Assembly: GCA_002269645.1 (NCBI GenBank)
Contig: NIVC01001097.1
Coordinates: 1 to 64,000, forward strand
DNA length: 64,000 bases
Direction: 5' to 3'
DNA from: Macrostomum lignano
Taxonomy: Eukaryota
Shown in pieces: positions 1 through 9,939 of this stretch. The first letter of the stretch is position 1, and every line of letters begins with the position of its first letter. The position numbers and the translations under genes were made by a program. The notes beneath the pieces are model-generated. The model was not told the DNA's origin, did no database searches, and was given only the letters and a program-made list of their open reading frames with translations.

Positions 1-166
1 AGCGGCAGCACATAATACTCATATTTTTTACTCACTGCTAATTCCACGCGAAGATAAATAACTGGCAAGGATCGCCTCTGAAGGAAATCGGATAATATGC
101 TCCTTCATTAGTCCTTCGTTCGCCCTTAGCACTCGCAACACTCGTAGATGATAGCACGCGGAGCAG

Positions 167-585
167 CGATCGTCCTCCGCTTGAGCCGGTGGTCACTGCA
201 GCAAGCGGCAGGCAGCAAACAGTCCTGCGATCGTCCTCCGCTTGAGCCGGTGGTCACTGCAGCAAGCGGCAGGCAGCAAACAGTCCTGCGATCGTCCTCC
301 GCTTGAGCCGGTGGTCACTGCAGCAAGCGGCAGGCAGCAAACAGTCCTGCGATCGTCCTCCGCTTGAGCCGGTGGTCACTGCAGCCGAAGTGGCAGGCAG
401 CAAACAGTCCTGCGATCGTCCTCCGCTTGAGCCGGTGGTCACTGCAGCAAGCGGCAGGCAGCAAACAGTCCTGCGATCGTCCTCCGCTTGAGCCGGTGGT
501 CACTGCAGCCGAAGTGGCAGGCAGCAAACAGTCCTGCGATCGTCCTCCGCTTGAGCCGGTGGTCACTGCAGCCGAAGCGGCAGCA
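167..585. repeat. Tandem minisatellite, about 7 units of 61/63 bp
   Basis: CGATCGTCCTCCGCTTGAGCCGGTGGTCACTGCAGC... restarts at 167, 228, 289, 350, 413, 474 and 537. Confidence 0.95.
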
Positions 586-869
586 TTCATCGGATCCTTG
601 CAAAATAGTATTTCTTTTCTGGCATCCCAAATCCCAAATAGCTTTCATAAACGCACAGTTCCCCGTTGGAAAGCCGAATACTAAGTGCGGCGTCAGCGTT
701 AGCTGACTCGCATGTACGCACCTGAAATAATGAGAGTGAAGCGTCTGAAGTAAATAATGATGCATTATCTTTTTAAATAATACCAAAACGAAACAATCTT
801 CTCAGTTTCGAACATAAATGGAGACAGTACACGGGGGCACAGTGGGAGATAGCCTGGAAGTGGTTGCCA

Positions 870-1290
870 TGGAAGGGGTAGCCTGGGAGGAGTAGCCTGG
901 AAGGGCTGCCTGGGAGGGGTAGAGTAGGAGGGGTAGTCTCGGAGCGCTGCCTGGGAGGGGTAGGCAGGGAGGGCTGCCTAGGAGGGGTAGGCTGGGAGGG
1001 CTGCCTGGGAGGGGTAGGCTGGGAGGGGTAGGCTGGGAGGGGTAGAATGGGAGAGGTAGAATAAGAGGAAGCCTGAGGGGTTGAATAGGAAGGGTAGCCA
1101 GCCATAGAGGGGTAGCCTAATAGGGCTGTCTGGGAAAGGTAAAGTAGGAGAGATAGCCTAGAGGAGCTGTCTAGGAGGGCTACCTAGGAAAGACAGCCTA
1201 GAAGGACTACCTAAGAAGAATAGCCTAGAATAGATGGCCTAAATAGTCTAGAGGGGAGTGCCTAGAAAGGCTACCTAGAAGAGATAGCAA
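870..1290. repeat. Degenerate purine-rich tandem array (GGGCTGCCTGGGAGGGGTAG-like) that decays left to right
   Basis: Units read ctgcctgggagg at ~905-1000 and ctacctaggaa/ctacctaagaag at ~1180-1290. Confidence 0.75.
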
Positions 1291-2390
1291 GGATAGATCC
1301 AAAGGTCCCAAGGGGCCATAGCCATGATATCTCCCTTAACTATGGATTAAAAACTCTGGGTCATATATTTTGGCCAAGGTCTATTTTCTAATTTTAGGTT
1401 ATAGTTGCTTTGTATAGTTTGCCCTTTTTAAATTTCTCTAGATATTTCCTTGAAAGATAATTATAAAGGCTAGCCAAAGAAAAATAGCTTAGAATAAAGA
1501 AGCCTAGCTAGAATAAACTAGATTAGATAGACTAAGTGAGGTAGACTAGCCTAGTCTAACTAGGTAAGATAGTCATAAAGGTTGTTTAAAAGAATAATAG
1601 CCTAGCTAAGCCTTGTTAAGCTATAGTATAGGCAAAACTTTTTTATTTACTTTTTTAACTTATAACAACAAAGTAATAGGCTAGGCCTATACTAACAAAA
1701 TATATTTGTTAAATGTTCATAGTATAGTAGGCTCTATACTAGAATTAGAACTAGAAATGTTTATGTTTAATATAGGCTTTACAAATAATTTACTAGGCCT
1801 AGTACTAATATTAATAACAAAAACTTTTTTATAGCCTAAAGACAAAGTAGCTACCTAGCTATATGAGCTATATGTCCATATAATATATAACACTTGATTA
1901 GACCTAGCCCTACCTTTACATGGCTGATGGCTACAATAAAAACATATACTAGCCATAGATAAGCCTAGCATATGCTATATATAGGCCTGGTGCTAGGCTC
2001 TAAAATTTCAACTAAGAAGCCCAGATATAGATTAGAAAGAACTTATCTTATCAACTCATATCTAGTCATTATTAGCCTATCCTAGCCTTCTAACTAAAGA
2101 TAATATACCTGTTATTTTAAAGTAGACCAGAAAATGTGAATTGGCCTATACTACAGTACAATTAAATTCTAACAATGAAATAGTTGCTTGATATCAAATG
2201 TAGCTTTTTGAACTAGGCCTATTAGGGCCTAGTCAATTAGTCCAGTTGTGTCTAAGCCTAGTAAAGATTAACTACTTGCTAATGCTTAACAATAATGAAA
2301 TGGCTTAGTATTAAACTGTAACGACTCTTGTACTTAACCTTACCCTAGCCTAAAACTAAAATAGTCTAGGCCCCTAGCTCATTTTAAATC
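1100..2390. other. CpG-free, TpA/CTAG-saturated hypermutated tract (eroded repeat DNA)
   Basis: Almost no CG dinucleotides; very dense TAG/CTA (e.g. tagcctagctagaataaactagattagatagactaag); CpG reappears abruptly near 2390. Confidence 0.8.
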
Positions 2391-2661
2391 GACGGCAATT
2401 TTACCAGCCGATTGAATATATTAGTCCGCTTTAGTAGGCCTTACGAACATGATCTTTGAACACAGAACTTGTTCACAACAGCCTTAAAGGCGGTCAGCGA
2501 TCATGTTCAATTTGGCTTTATAAAGCGGCGTATCTGTCAACACGGGTGCCATGCAACAAGGACTACTACTCAAGCAGGGCGAGAAAGTAAATTCCTTGGA
2601 AAAATATATTACAGCGATGCAGGTTTTACCGAAAAATGCACTGAGATAGCTTAACTTACAT

Positions 2662-3068
2662 CAGTGGCGGCGCAGGACCTCCAGCTGGTGGGGGGGGCGG
2701 TGGTTGGGTGGTCACCCCCCCGGCTGGGTGGTCACCCCCAGAAAAAATTATAAAAAAAGAAGAAAAAAAAGCTTTCCAAAATCGTTAGGATTCGTTATCG
2801 CCCAGGCCCAGTTCGCGGTTCGCCCTCAAAGGGTGACCACCCTTACAGCCTACAGGCCCTACCGGGTGACCACCCCCCTGAGGTCTCAGGTGACCACCCC
2901 CATGCCCCATGGGGTGACCACACTTTTGAAAAATATGGTAAAGACGAAAGTACCAATTTTTTTTAAGTGGGTGGTCACCCCCTGGGGTGGTCACCCCCTG
3001 AGGGTGGTGAGGGGTGGTCACCCGGGGGCAGCCCGCCCCCCCCCCCGCTCCCCCCTGCGCCGCCACTG
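2662..3068. mobile_element. hAT-type MITE (407 bp)
   Basis: 15-bp TIRs CAGTGGCGGCGCAGG / CCTGCGCCGCCACTG; 8-bp TSD ACTTACAT (2654-2661, 3069-3076); internal GGTGGTCACCCC / GGGTGACCACCC repeats. Confidence 0.92.
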
Positions 3069-4093
3069 ACTTACATGGATGTATGTCTTTTCTTTCTTAC
3101 ATCTCTTTTTGATAATAATTCGTACGGTAGAGATTTTCGCTTATATAGCCAGGATTCTTTGTTAATTTTATATGCTACTACGTACAACCACTCAAATTTT
3201 TCAAGAAACGTACATATGTAGTTTCCCGTCCTTCTATTTAAGTAGCATTTGCATGGGTAACTGCATGTTTGCTCGCGTTTATGAATTCACAGTGTACGCG
3301 GTGATGCCGAACTGGATGAACTGGACCCAGTGGTTAGAAAAATTGGGGCGTACCCTCTAGGCCGGCGCCCCGGCGGCCCTCAAGGGTACGCCCCATCCCG
3401 CAAGATAAAAGTTTGTAGGTTTTCTTCTTTGTACGTATGAAATATTTTTGTGAGGAAATTATGTAAAGAGCAGAATTTTTAAAGTTGATTTTTTTAGTTT
3501 CGGGTGTTTTTGTGCTCGAACCTGACAGTACGCCTTTCAGTACGTGCAGTGGACAGTGGGGCGAACTATTGATATCCTTATTAATTATTTTCTTGTATAA
3601 TGAGCTCATTATTTATTTGCATTGACCAATCCTCATACTACAGCTAACTTGAACTTTTAACCCTTTGAGCAGCCATCTCTTTGAAAAATTGCTGCAAGCT
3701 CCAAAGTGGGGTATAGGCGACTCGTGCAAATTTTTCTGAGTTTCATACACTTCAGAAATTGGATGTGAACGCAAAAGTGTGCGTTTTAGCCTACCTACTT
3801 ATAAGTAATACCTTTTGATCTTCGAAATCAACGCAACAAAAAATATATTTTTTAATACTCCACTACTTAAGCACTAGCGCATGTACAATGTTGCTTGTAT
3901 TCTTAAGTTTTCATTTAGATGAGTCCGATTTGGTGGTCAATTCAGGATTTTTAAAGTAGTGGGGGCAGATTTGCCCAAATTTTTGTTTTGGTCTAAAAAG
4001 CCAAAGTAAGCTCAAAATTTACCCCCCTTATATGCAAGTCCAGCCATGGCAAAGGGGGCGGCCGCCGGGTCTACTACATCTACGAGTACATTT

Positions 4094-4669
4094 GACCGCC
4101 ACAATTTGATCGCCGTTCTTTTCAAGGTGAAATAGGGCGGCGGGCAAATTGTCTGGCGGGCAAATTGTCTGGCGGGCAAATTGTCTGGCGGGCAAATTGT
4201 CTGGCGGGCAAATTGTCTGGCGGGCAAATTGTCTGGCGGGCAAATTGTCTGGCGGGCAAATTGTCTGGCGGGCAAATTGTCTGGCGGGCAAATTGTCTGG
4301 CGGGCAAATTGTCTGGCGGGCAAATTGTCTGGCGGGCAAATTGTCTGGCGGGCAAATTGTCTGGCGGGCAAATTGTCTGGCGGGCAAATTGTCTGGCGGG
4401 CAAATTGTCTGGCGGGCAAATTGTCTGGCGGGCAAATTGTCTGGCGGGCAAATTGTCTGGCGGGCAAATTGTCTGGCGGGCAAATTGTCTGGCGGCAAAT
4501 TGTCTGGCGGGCAAATTGTCTGGCGGCAAATTGTCTGGCGGGCAAATTGTCTGGCGGGCAAATTGTCTGGCGGGCAAATTGTCTGGCGGGCAAATTGTCT
4601 GGCGGGCAAATTGTCTGGCGGGCAAATTGTCTGGCGGGCAAATTGTCTGGCGGGCAAATTGTGGCGGTC
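4094..4669. mobile_element. MITE-like element whose interior is a 16-bp satellite
   Basis: Perfect 15-bp inverted repeats GACCGCCACAATTTG (4094-4108) / CAAATTGTGGCGGTC (4655-4669); no TSD identified. Confidence 0.65.
4137..4660 (+). repeat. 16-bp tandem satellite (GGCGGGCAAATTGTCT), ~33 copies
   Basis: Near-perfect units read directly; two 14-bp variants near 4490-4530. Confidence 0.97.
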
Positions 4670-5543
4670 TCCGCTGTCGGTCTCCGCGGCCGCGCCCCCC
4701 CCCCTTGGATAGTGGCGTAAATAAATACTCATTTCAAAGTTTTACATGTAAGTAGGCGGCATACCCTTGCACAAGGTTGCATAATTATTTGAAAGCCGTA
4801 TGCTTGTATGGGGTGGACAGTTGACAGTCAAAATGCCTATATCTACATGTACCTCCATACAGTAATAATTTACCTATTAAACAACAGGTAAGGTCAAAGA
4901 TAACATATGCGTATGCCAGCAAAGGTTTAAAATTTTCAATAATTAATTGTACGGTACAATGCGATAGCAAAACAAACTAATCTTAGATGCAGCTATTATC
5001 TAGAATCTCGATTTATCTTCCAGAATTTTAGAGAAATACAACTAGGACAGGGGAAATCCCGGAAAATCAATCAGGTTTGCCAAGCTGTATTAAAGGGGGA
5101 CCAAGCGCATTTTTGCCAAAATACAGAGCCACCCCTCCGCCCCCTTGGGTCTTTACCCTTCAGAATCCGCCCCCCCCCCACATAAGAAATTCTGCTTGCG
5201 CCACTGCTAACAGTTCAAGTAATTCTGGAGAGCACAGAGTGCTGTCTAGAGAAGCTGTTCAGGCTTGGCACAACGCGCCCGCCAAAATTTTGTTAATGTC
5301 AACTTTTGCTCATTGTAATGATCGAAATTCCTTGCGAGGGATTGGCTAACTATTTTACTTTAAGTGCCAGATAGAGAATCTAGCTCAAGACTGCGGGCCA
5401 GAAGGAGGAGAGTGGAGGGGAGAGGGGAGAGATGTGAGATGTGAGAGGAGGGAAGAGAGGAGAGAGGCGAGATGAGAGAAAGAAGGGAGATAAAGGGAGA
5501 GAGGAGAGAGGCGAAAGGAGAGATGTCAGAGGAAGGGAGCAAG

Positions 5544-5693
5544 CAGTAGGGCAACCAGAAATTTTTTGAGGGAGGGGGCGGAGGGGAGGCTCTGTTTTTG
5601 GCGAAAATTCGCTTGGTCCCCCTTCAATTTTTTCTGGGTCTCCGCCTAAGGGGGGGCCCCGCCCCCCCCCCCCCCCCCCTGGTTGCGCCACTG
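5544..5693. mobile_element. hAT-type MITE (150 bp) inserted in a GA-rich low-complexity tract
   Basis: Imperfect TIRs CAGTAGGGCAACCAG / CTGGTTGCGCCACTG; 8-bp TSD GGAGCAAG (5536-5543, 5694-5701). Confidence 0.88.
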
Positions 5694-7547
5694 GGAGCAA
5701 GGAAAGAGGGGAAAGGAGGAGAGAGGGGAGATTTTGATGAGAAAAGGAGAAGAAATTAGCAAAAAAGCTGAGAAGAGATGCAAACCTTGAGCGGGCTGGA
5801 TTGTTATTGGCATGGGAAGTTAGAAAGGACCCGAGGGCTGGATAGAGAGACTGCGGGCCGCATGTGGCCCGTGGGCTGGAGTTTGCTGACCCCTGCAGCC
5901 TGCAGTAGGCTATGCATGACGGGCCCAGTTAACTGCATAATGGCAAATAAGAGACATGGGAGATTGGAGATAGGAGACTGTCTCCCCTGTCTCCCCTTCA
6001 TTTATCTCCCCGATTACGAGTAGGGCACAGTCACTCAGTCACATTTTGATAAGGAGGGATACATAGACATAGATATTTTCTCAGTTTTCATATTCAGAGG
6101 CGGTCAGAGCTCAAATGGGACAGGTCATGAATAAATAACAATCTAACCCCCGCCTTGTCATTTTTCCGGATGAATAAATCCACTGAATCATAAAGGTTTC
6201 AAAGTGCCTTTGCGTTCTCATGACAGTTTTTGCCACTCAATTATTCTAGTCTTACTGAATCCCCGAGTTAACAGAAAATTATAGCTCGGCGCACGTCCGC
6301 CAGCTTGAATATTCTCGCTATATTGTTCTCTATTTGCGATCGTCTTTTACAACCCGACATCAATAAAACCCGTGTGGGCTTTATCTCTCATTAACAGAAA
6401 TCTCTCATCAATTATAGCCTGTATAAAGCTTACTCATTTTGAGTTGCTCTTAGAAAAATGTTTTGAATTTCCTGGCCAGTGGCAATAACCCGTAATGACA
6501 GGGCAATGCAAGGAATTATTTTAACCTAGAGGTGACAGCTAATTTTGGCCAATTCATTTCAGTTGGGTGGGGGGGGGTTAGAAGAAAGGCTAGAGAAGTG
6601 ATATGGGAATTTCTACGTTGTACCGTTCTTGCCTGCTTAAGCGAACCTATGCGAAACAAACAAACTGTCCTGACTCCTTATCAGTGCAGGTCATCAAGTT
6701 TTTTCTATTCCCATATTGCACCAAAGATAAAGGAAGAACAAAGACGAATTTCGTGCGAGGCTTGACAAGGTCTATAAGTTACAACCTAGCATAAACACAT
6801 AAATACTTTGATACGGAAAGTATTGATTCGATCTGACCTAAAATAGGTGCCAGCAAAAGAAAGAAAATATTCATAGCATTTTATATGTGCTTAAAAGTAA
6901 AACCAGATGGTAACAGATGGAAATTACAGTTGTGCAGCTAGTTGATTATTATCAATGGGATAAGTAAAATATTACAAAAATTCTGTTGGCTTGAATTGGA
7001 GGTAGGAATACTGTATACAATACCATTAGTATTTCATACTCGTATACTGGGGTTTAAGAAAATAAATCCCCCATTTCAGCCACATACAGCGGCATCACCT
7101 CCCACTAAGTTTCCGGCCCCTCCACCCCTCCTACACAGTTTTGAGCTAAATTACCCCTCCGGCCTCTATAACACCGAATTTTAAGCTGTACCTAATTCTA
7201 GGGTTCAAGAATGTAAACAATAAAGATAGAATCAATATAATCAGTCTCTAAAATAACTCCAGTTCATGAATGACCGATCGCCAGGCTTGTAGTAAACTCG
7301 TGAAACTGCGGATCCTAAAAGTAAAGATAAAATGGCAGTTGCGATCGAGTATGCATCGTAATATACTAATATTTAACTCACAATCTACAATCATGTCTGC
7401 GTGTTGAAGCTGAGAACATATACAGGAAGAAATTGCAGAATTGCAGAATACAGGGAATACGAGAATCGAGATAGAAGGAAATCGGATTGATATAAAAAAC
7501 CAGAGAAAGATATTTTTAGTACTCACTTGCGACTCACGCGTCCTACA

Positions 7548-9575
7548 TCAGGCCTCCTCGGAGTCACCTGTCAGAGGAATGACAAAAAAATGGCTTGCTG
7601 GATCCCTGTCCGCTCCAGCAAGATTGGCAAGCAGATTCGCAGGCAAAATCCAGCACTTTCGCTCAGGTGTGCCAGTTAGAACACCAGATGTCATCCTGTA
7701 CAAGCCGATTCCCAGACGCAAAGATGGATATGGGTTGGCGTAGATGTTGTCAACTGGGTGTAAAATCCTGCCAGTGACTTGATTAGCTTCACTTACAGCT
7801 TCGATTAGGACGCATACTTTGTCGATTATGCAACAATTATCACCTCGCTTTGTGCTGAATTTCAACGGTGGAATTCGCTGCTCATTCAACAGAAGATCGC
7901 GAACTCTGAGCACCTGCTTAACTGAATGCGCTGCCATGTGCCTTGTCACCTTTACGCGGCGCTTTACAGATCCAAGAAAGTTTTCGAAAGGGAAAGTCGA
8001 AAAGTTGTTTAAACTGCCTAGCTTTCGGACAAACTCATCCAAATGAAGAATAGTGTGAAGATTGAAACTTATAAACTTCTGGCCGTAAAGGTGGGCAGCC
8101 CGTTCAACAAAAACTTCAATGCAAGTTTTTGCCTGCGTCCACCACTTGGAGTACCTTTCGTTGGAGTATGCGTAAATGGCGAAATGGAGGTAAAGAAAGT
8201 GGTTATACCTTTCTTCATTTAAAATGCCTTTGAAGAGGACAGGTCCTAGGTACAGCAAGTACTGTCTGAATTCAGTAGCCTTCATGTGCTTCAGTTCCAA
8301 GTCGATTTTCCGGGGTCTTCGTTGAAAGTTTGAAGGTGTCCAACCGGCAGCCATAGTAATTCGGTCGCCCAATAGGCTCATCGGACCGGGATAGACGAGA
8401 CACTTCTTGCCATTAGATTTGTCGAAAAATAGGTAAAATAGCTTCCTTGTGACTCCAAGGCATACGGCATGCTGGTAGTCAGGGGGAAAAGCATCGACAA
8501 AACTAATGTTAGGCAAATTTAGAAGGGGCGATAGAGCGATTTTTTTATTTTCCTGGTTAGACTCCTTTCCCTCTCGGTATTGTTGGCTGCTACGAGACTC
8601 CCCGACGCTCGTTGAAAATGTTACTCTGTTGTCGGTATAAGGTCCAGTAGCCCTGCAGTACATGCAACCGACGTACGACATGTGCCCTTGAGTTACTGAG
8701 ACCCAGGCTCGAGCAGGCGCATCGCAAACAAATCGGATAGTCGAGAAGCTGATGCTTAAATTTTCGATAATTTTTATTGGACCCGTAAGAAAACGTTTAG
8801 CCTCGTCGCAAAATTGTCGAAGATAATCATTCAGAGGTGGCTTGCCACAACCAGCCCATACGGCTACTGGAAAAGGTCTGCTGAATATGCTGGGAATAGA
8901 CATAAGTATGGGCCAAAGACCGAAGTGGCTTGCTCGGTACAAAGGCAAGCCGTCAAAATTAACGATGGCTTCAATTTTGTAAACCTTCTCAGTTTCACTA
9001 TCGTGTTGTAGATATTCTGGCTTCATGTGCAGCTGGTTTTTGCGAAACATTAGTTCTAGATTTTTCAGAATCGAAATGTAGCGAAAATGGCCTTTTCCCA
9101 TGGGCTCCAATTTTTCCGTTGGATCGCCAGCATTGATGACGGCCTCAATAGAGTTGACAGACTTCGGCGCAGGCAAGCCTATGTCTCTTAGACCATCAAC
9201 AAGGAATTTTTTAGATCCACGACTTAGGTTGAAACAAGAAAAGTAGACTACCAGCAAGGCGAATATTTTATCTTCTAAAGAGCGGTCATCCTCTTTCTTG
9301 TCAATCTCCTCATCTTCATCGCTGCAAACTCGCGCGAACTCGTCAAAATCAGGATAGCTGCCATTGTCGTTGTCAAGATCTGGATCCGTACCTTCATTGA
9401 CTTCTGCTACAGAGGACTCCGAAGCGATGAAACCGGCGACTCTCCCAGAATCATCTGCTTCGAATACTTTTCTTTTTTTCTCTTGCAGTGCGATGTCTTC
9501 CAAAGCTTCTTGTTCTCCTTCCATGAACAAGCCCAGCAAATCCTTATTTGCTTGTCGCCTCAATTGCCTTGTCAT
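7548..9575 (-). CDS. CMC/EnSpm-superfamily DDE transposase (675 aa, uninterrupted)
   Basis: Motifs NFDGLPLY..LWPI, FVCDAPAR...GCMYC, PPDYQHAVCLGV, KATEFRQYLLY, HTILHL, FPFENFLGSVKR. Confidence 0.9.
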   Translation of the reverse strand: MTRQLRRQANKDLLGLFMEGEQEALEDIALQEKKRKVFEADDSGRVAGFIASESSVAEVNEGTDPDLDNDNGSYPDFDEFARVCSDEDEEIDKKEDDRSLEDKIFALLVVYFSCFNLSRGSKKFLVDGLRDIGLPAPKSVNSIEAVINAGDPTEKLEPMGKGHFRYISILKNLELMFRKNQLHMKPEYLQHDSETEKVYKIEAIVNFDGLPLYRASHFGLWPILMSIPSIFSRPFPVAVWAGCGKPPLNDYLRQFCDEAKRFLTGPIKIIENLSISFSTIRFVCDAPARAWVSVTQGHMSYVGCMYCRATGPYTDNRVTFSTSVGESRSSQQYREGKESNQENKKIALSPLLNLPNISFVDAFPPDYQHAVCLGVTRKLFYLFFDKSNGKKCLVYPGPMSLLGDRITMAAGWTPSNFQRRPRKIDLELKHMKATEFRQYLLYLGPVLFKGILNEERYNHFLYLHFAIYAYSNERYSKWWTQAKTCIEVFVERAAHLYGQKFISFNLHTILHLDEFVRKLGSLNNFSTFPFENFLGSVKRRVKVTRHMAAHSVKQVLRVRDLLLNEQRIPPLKFSTKRGDNCCIIDKVCVLIEAVSEANQVTGRILHPVDNIYANPYPSLRLGIGLYRMTSGVLTGTPERKCWILPANLLANLAGADRDPASHFFVIPLTGDSEEA

Positions 9576-9939
9576 TGTTTTCGTCCGAATCAGACTTTGA
9601 TGATAGTTGACTGTTGTAATAATAATAAAGTAATTACTACGATTGCTTATTTCGTATTAAAGAAAGGATATGAACAAAAGCTGGGAAGAATTGAAAACTA
9701 TTCCTTTGGGGGTTTGTGCGCGCTGATTGGACAGGTATGGATGCGGGGACGGTAGGGCCAATGAAATTGGAAAAGCCAGGGCGGCCTTTTTCATTCGAAG
9801 AACTATAGAAGACAATTGCTTCTAGAAGCAACCTAAACCACTGAATCATTAAATAAGCATAAACTATAGTGTGAGCTCCAAACTCTTGCTTTATTTGGTA
9901 CTCAGTTTTGCACTAGCATAGTCTAGTCTGCATGCTACA

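Noticed and set aside
167-786. ORFs through the 61/63-bp repeat, possibly an exon of a minus-strand gene (GTGAGT donor near position 35)
   Set aside because: The 61-bp units break frame and introduce stops; no recognisable domain.
4137-4660. Satellite unit shares GGCGGGCAAA with the hAT TIR at 29103/32011
   Set aside because: Only a 10-bp match; the unit is better explained by the element's own flanking inverted repeat.
4012-4755. Six long ORFs (167-234 aa) on both strands
   Set aside because: Artefacts of a stop-free 16-bp satellite; no codon or splice support.
4710-5206. Possible MITE with a C>T-mutated left TIR (TAGTGGCGTAAATAAA vs CAGTGGCGCAAGCAGAA)
   Set aside because: No target-site duplication, so the pairing of ends is unproven.
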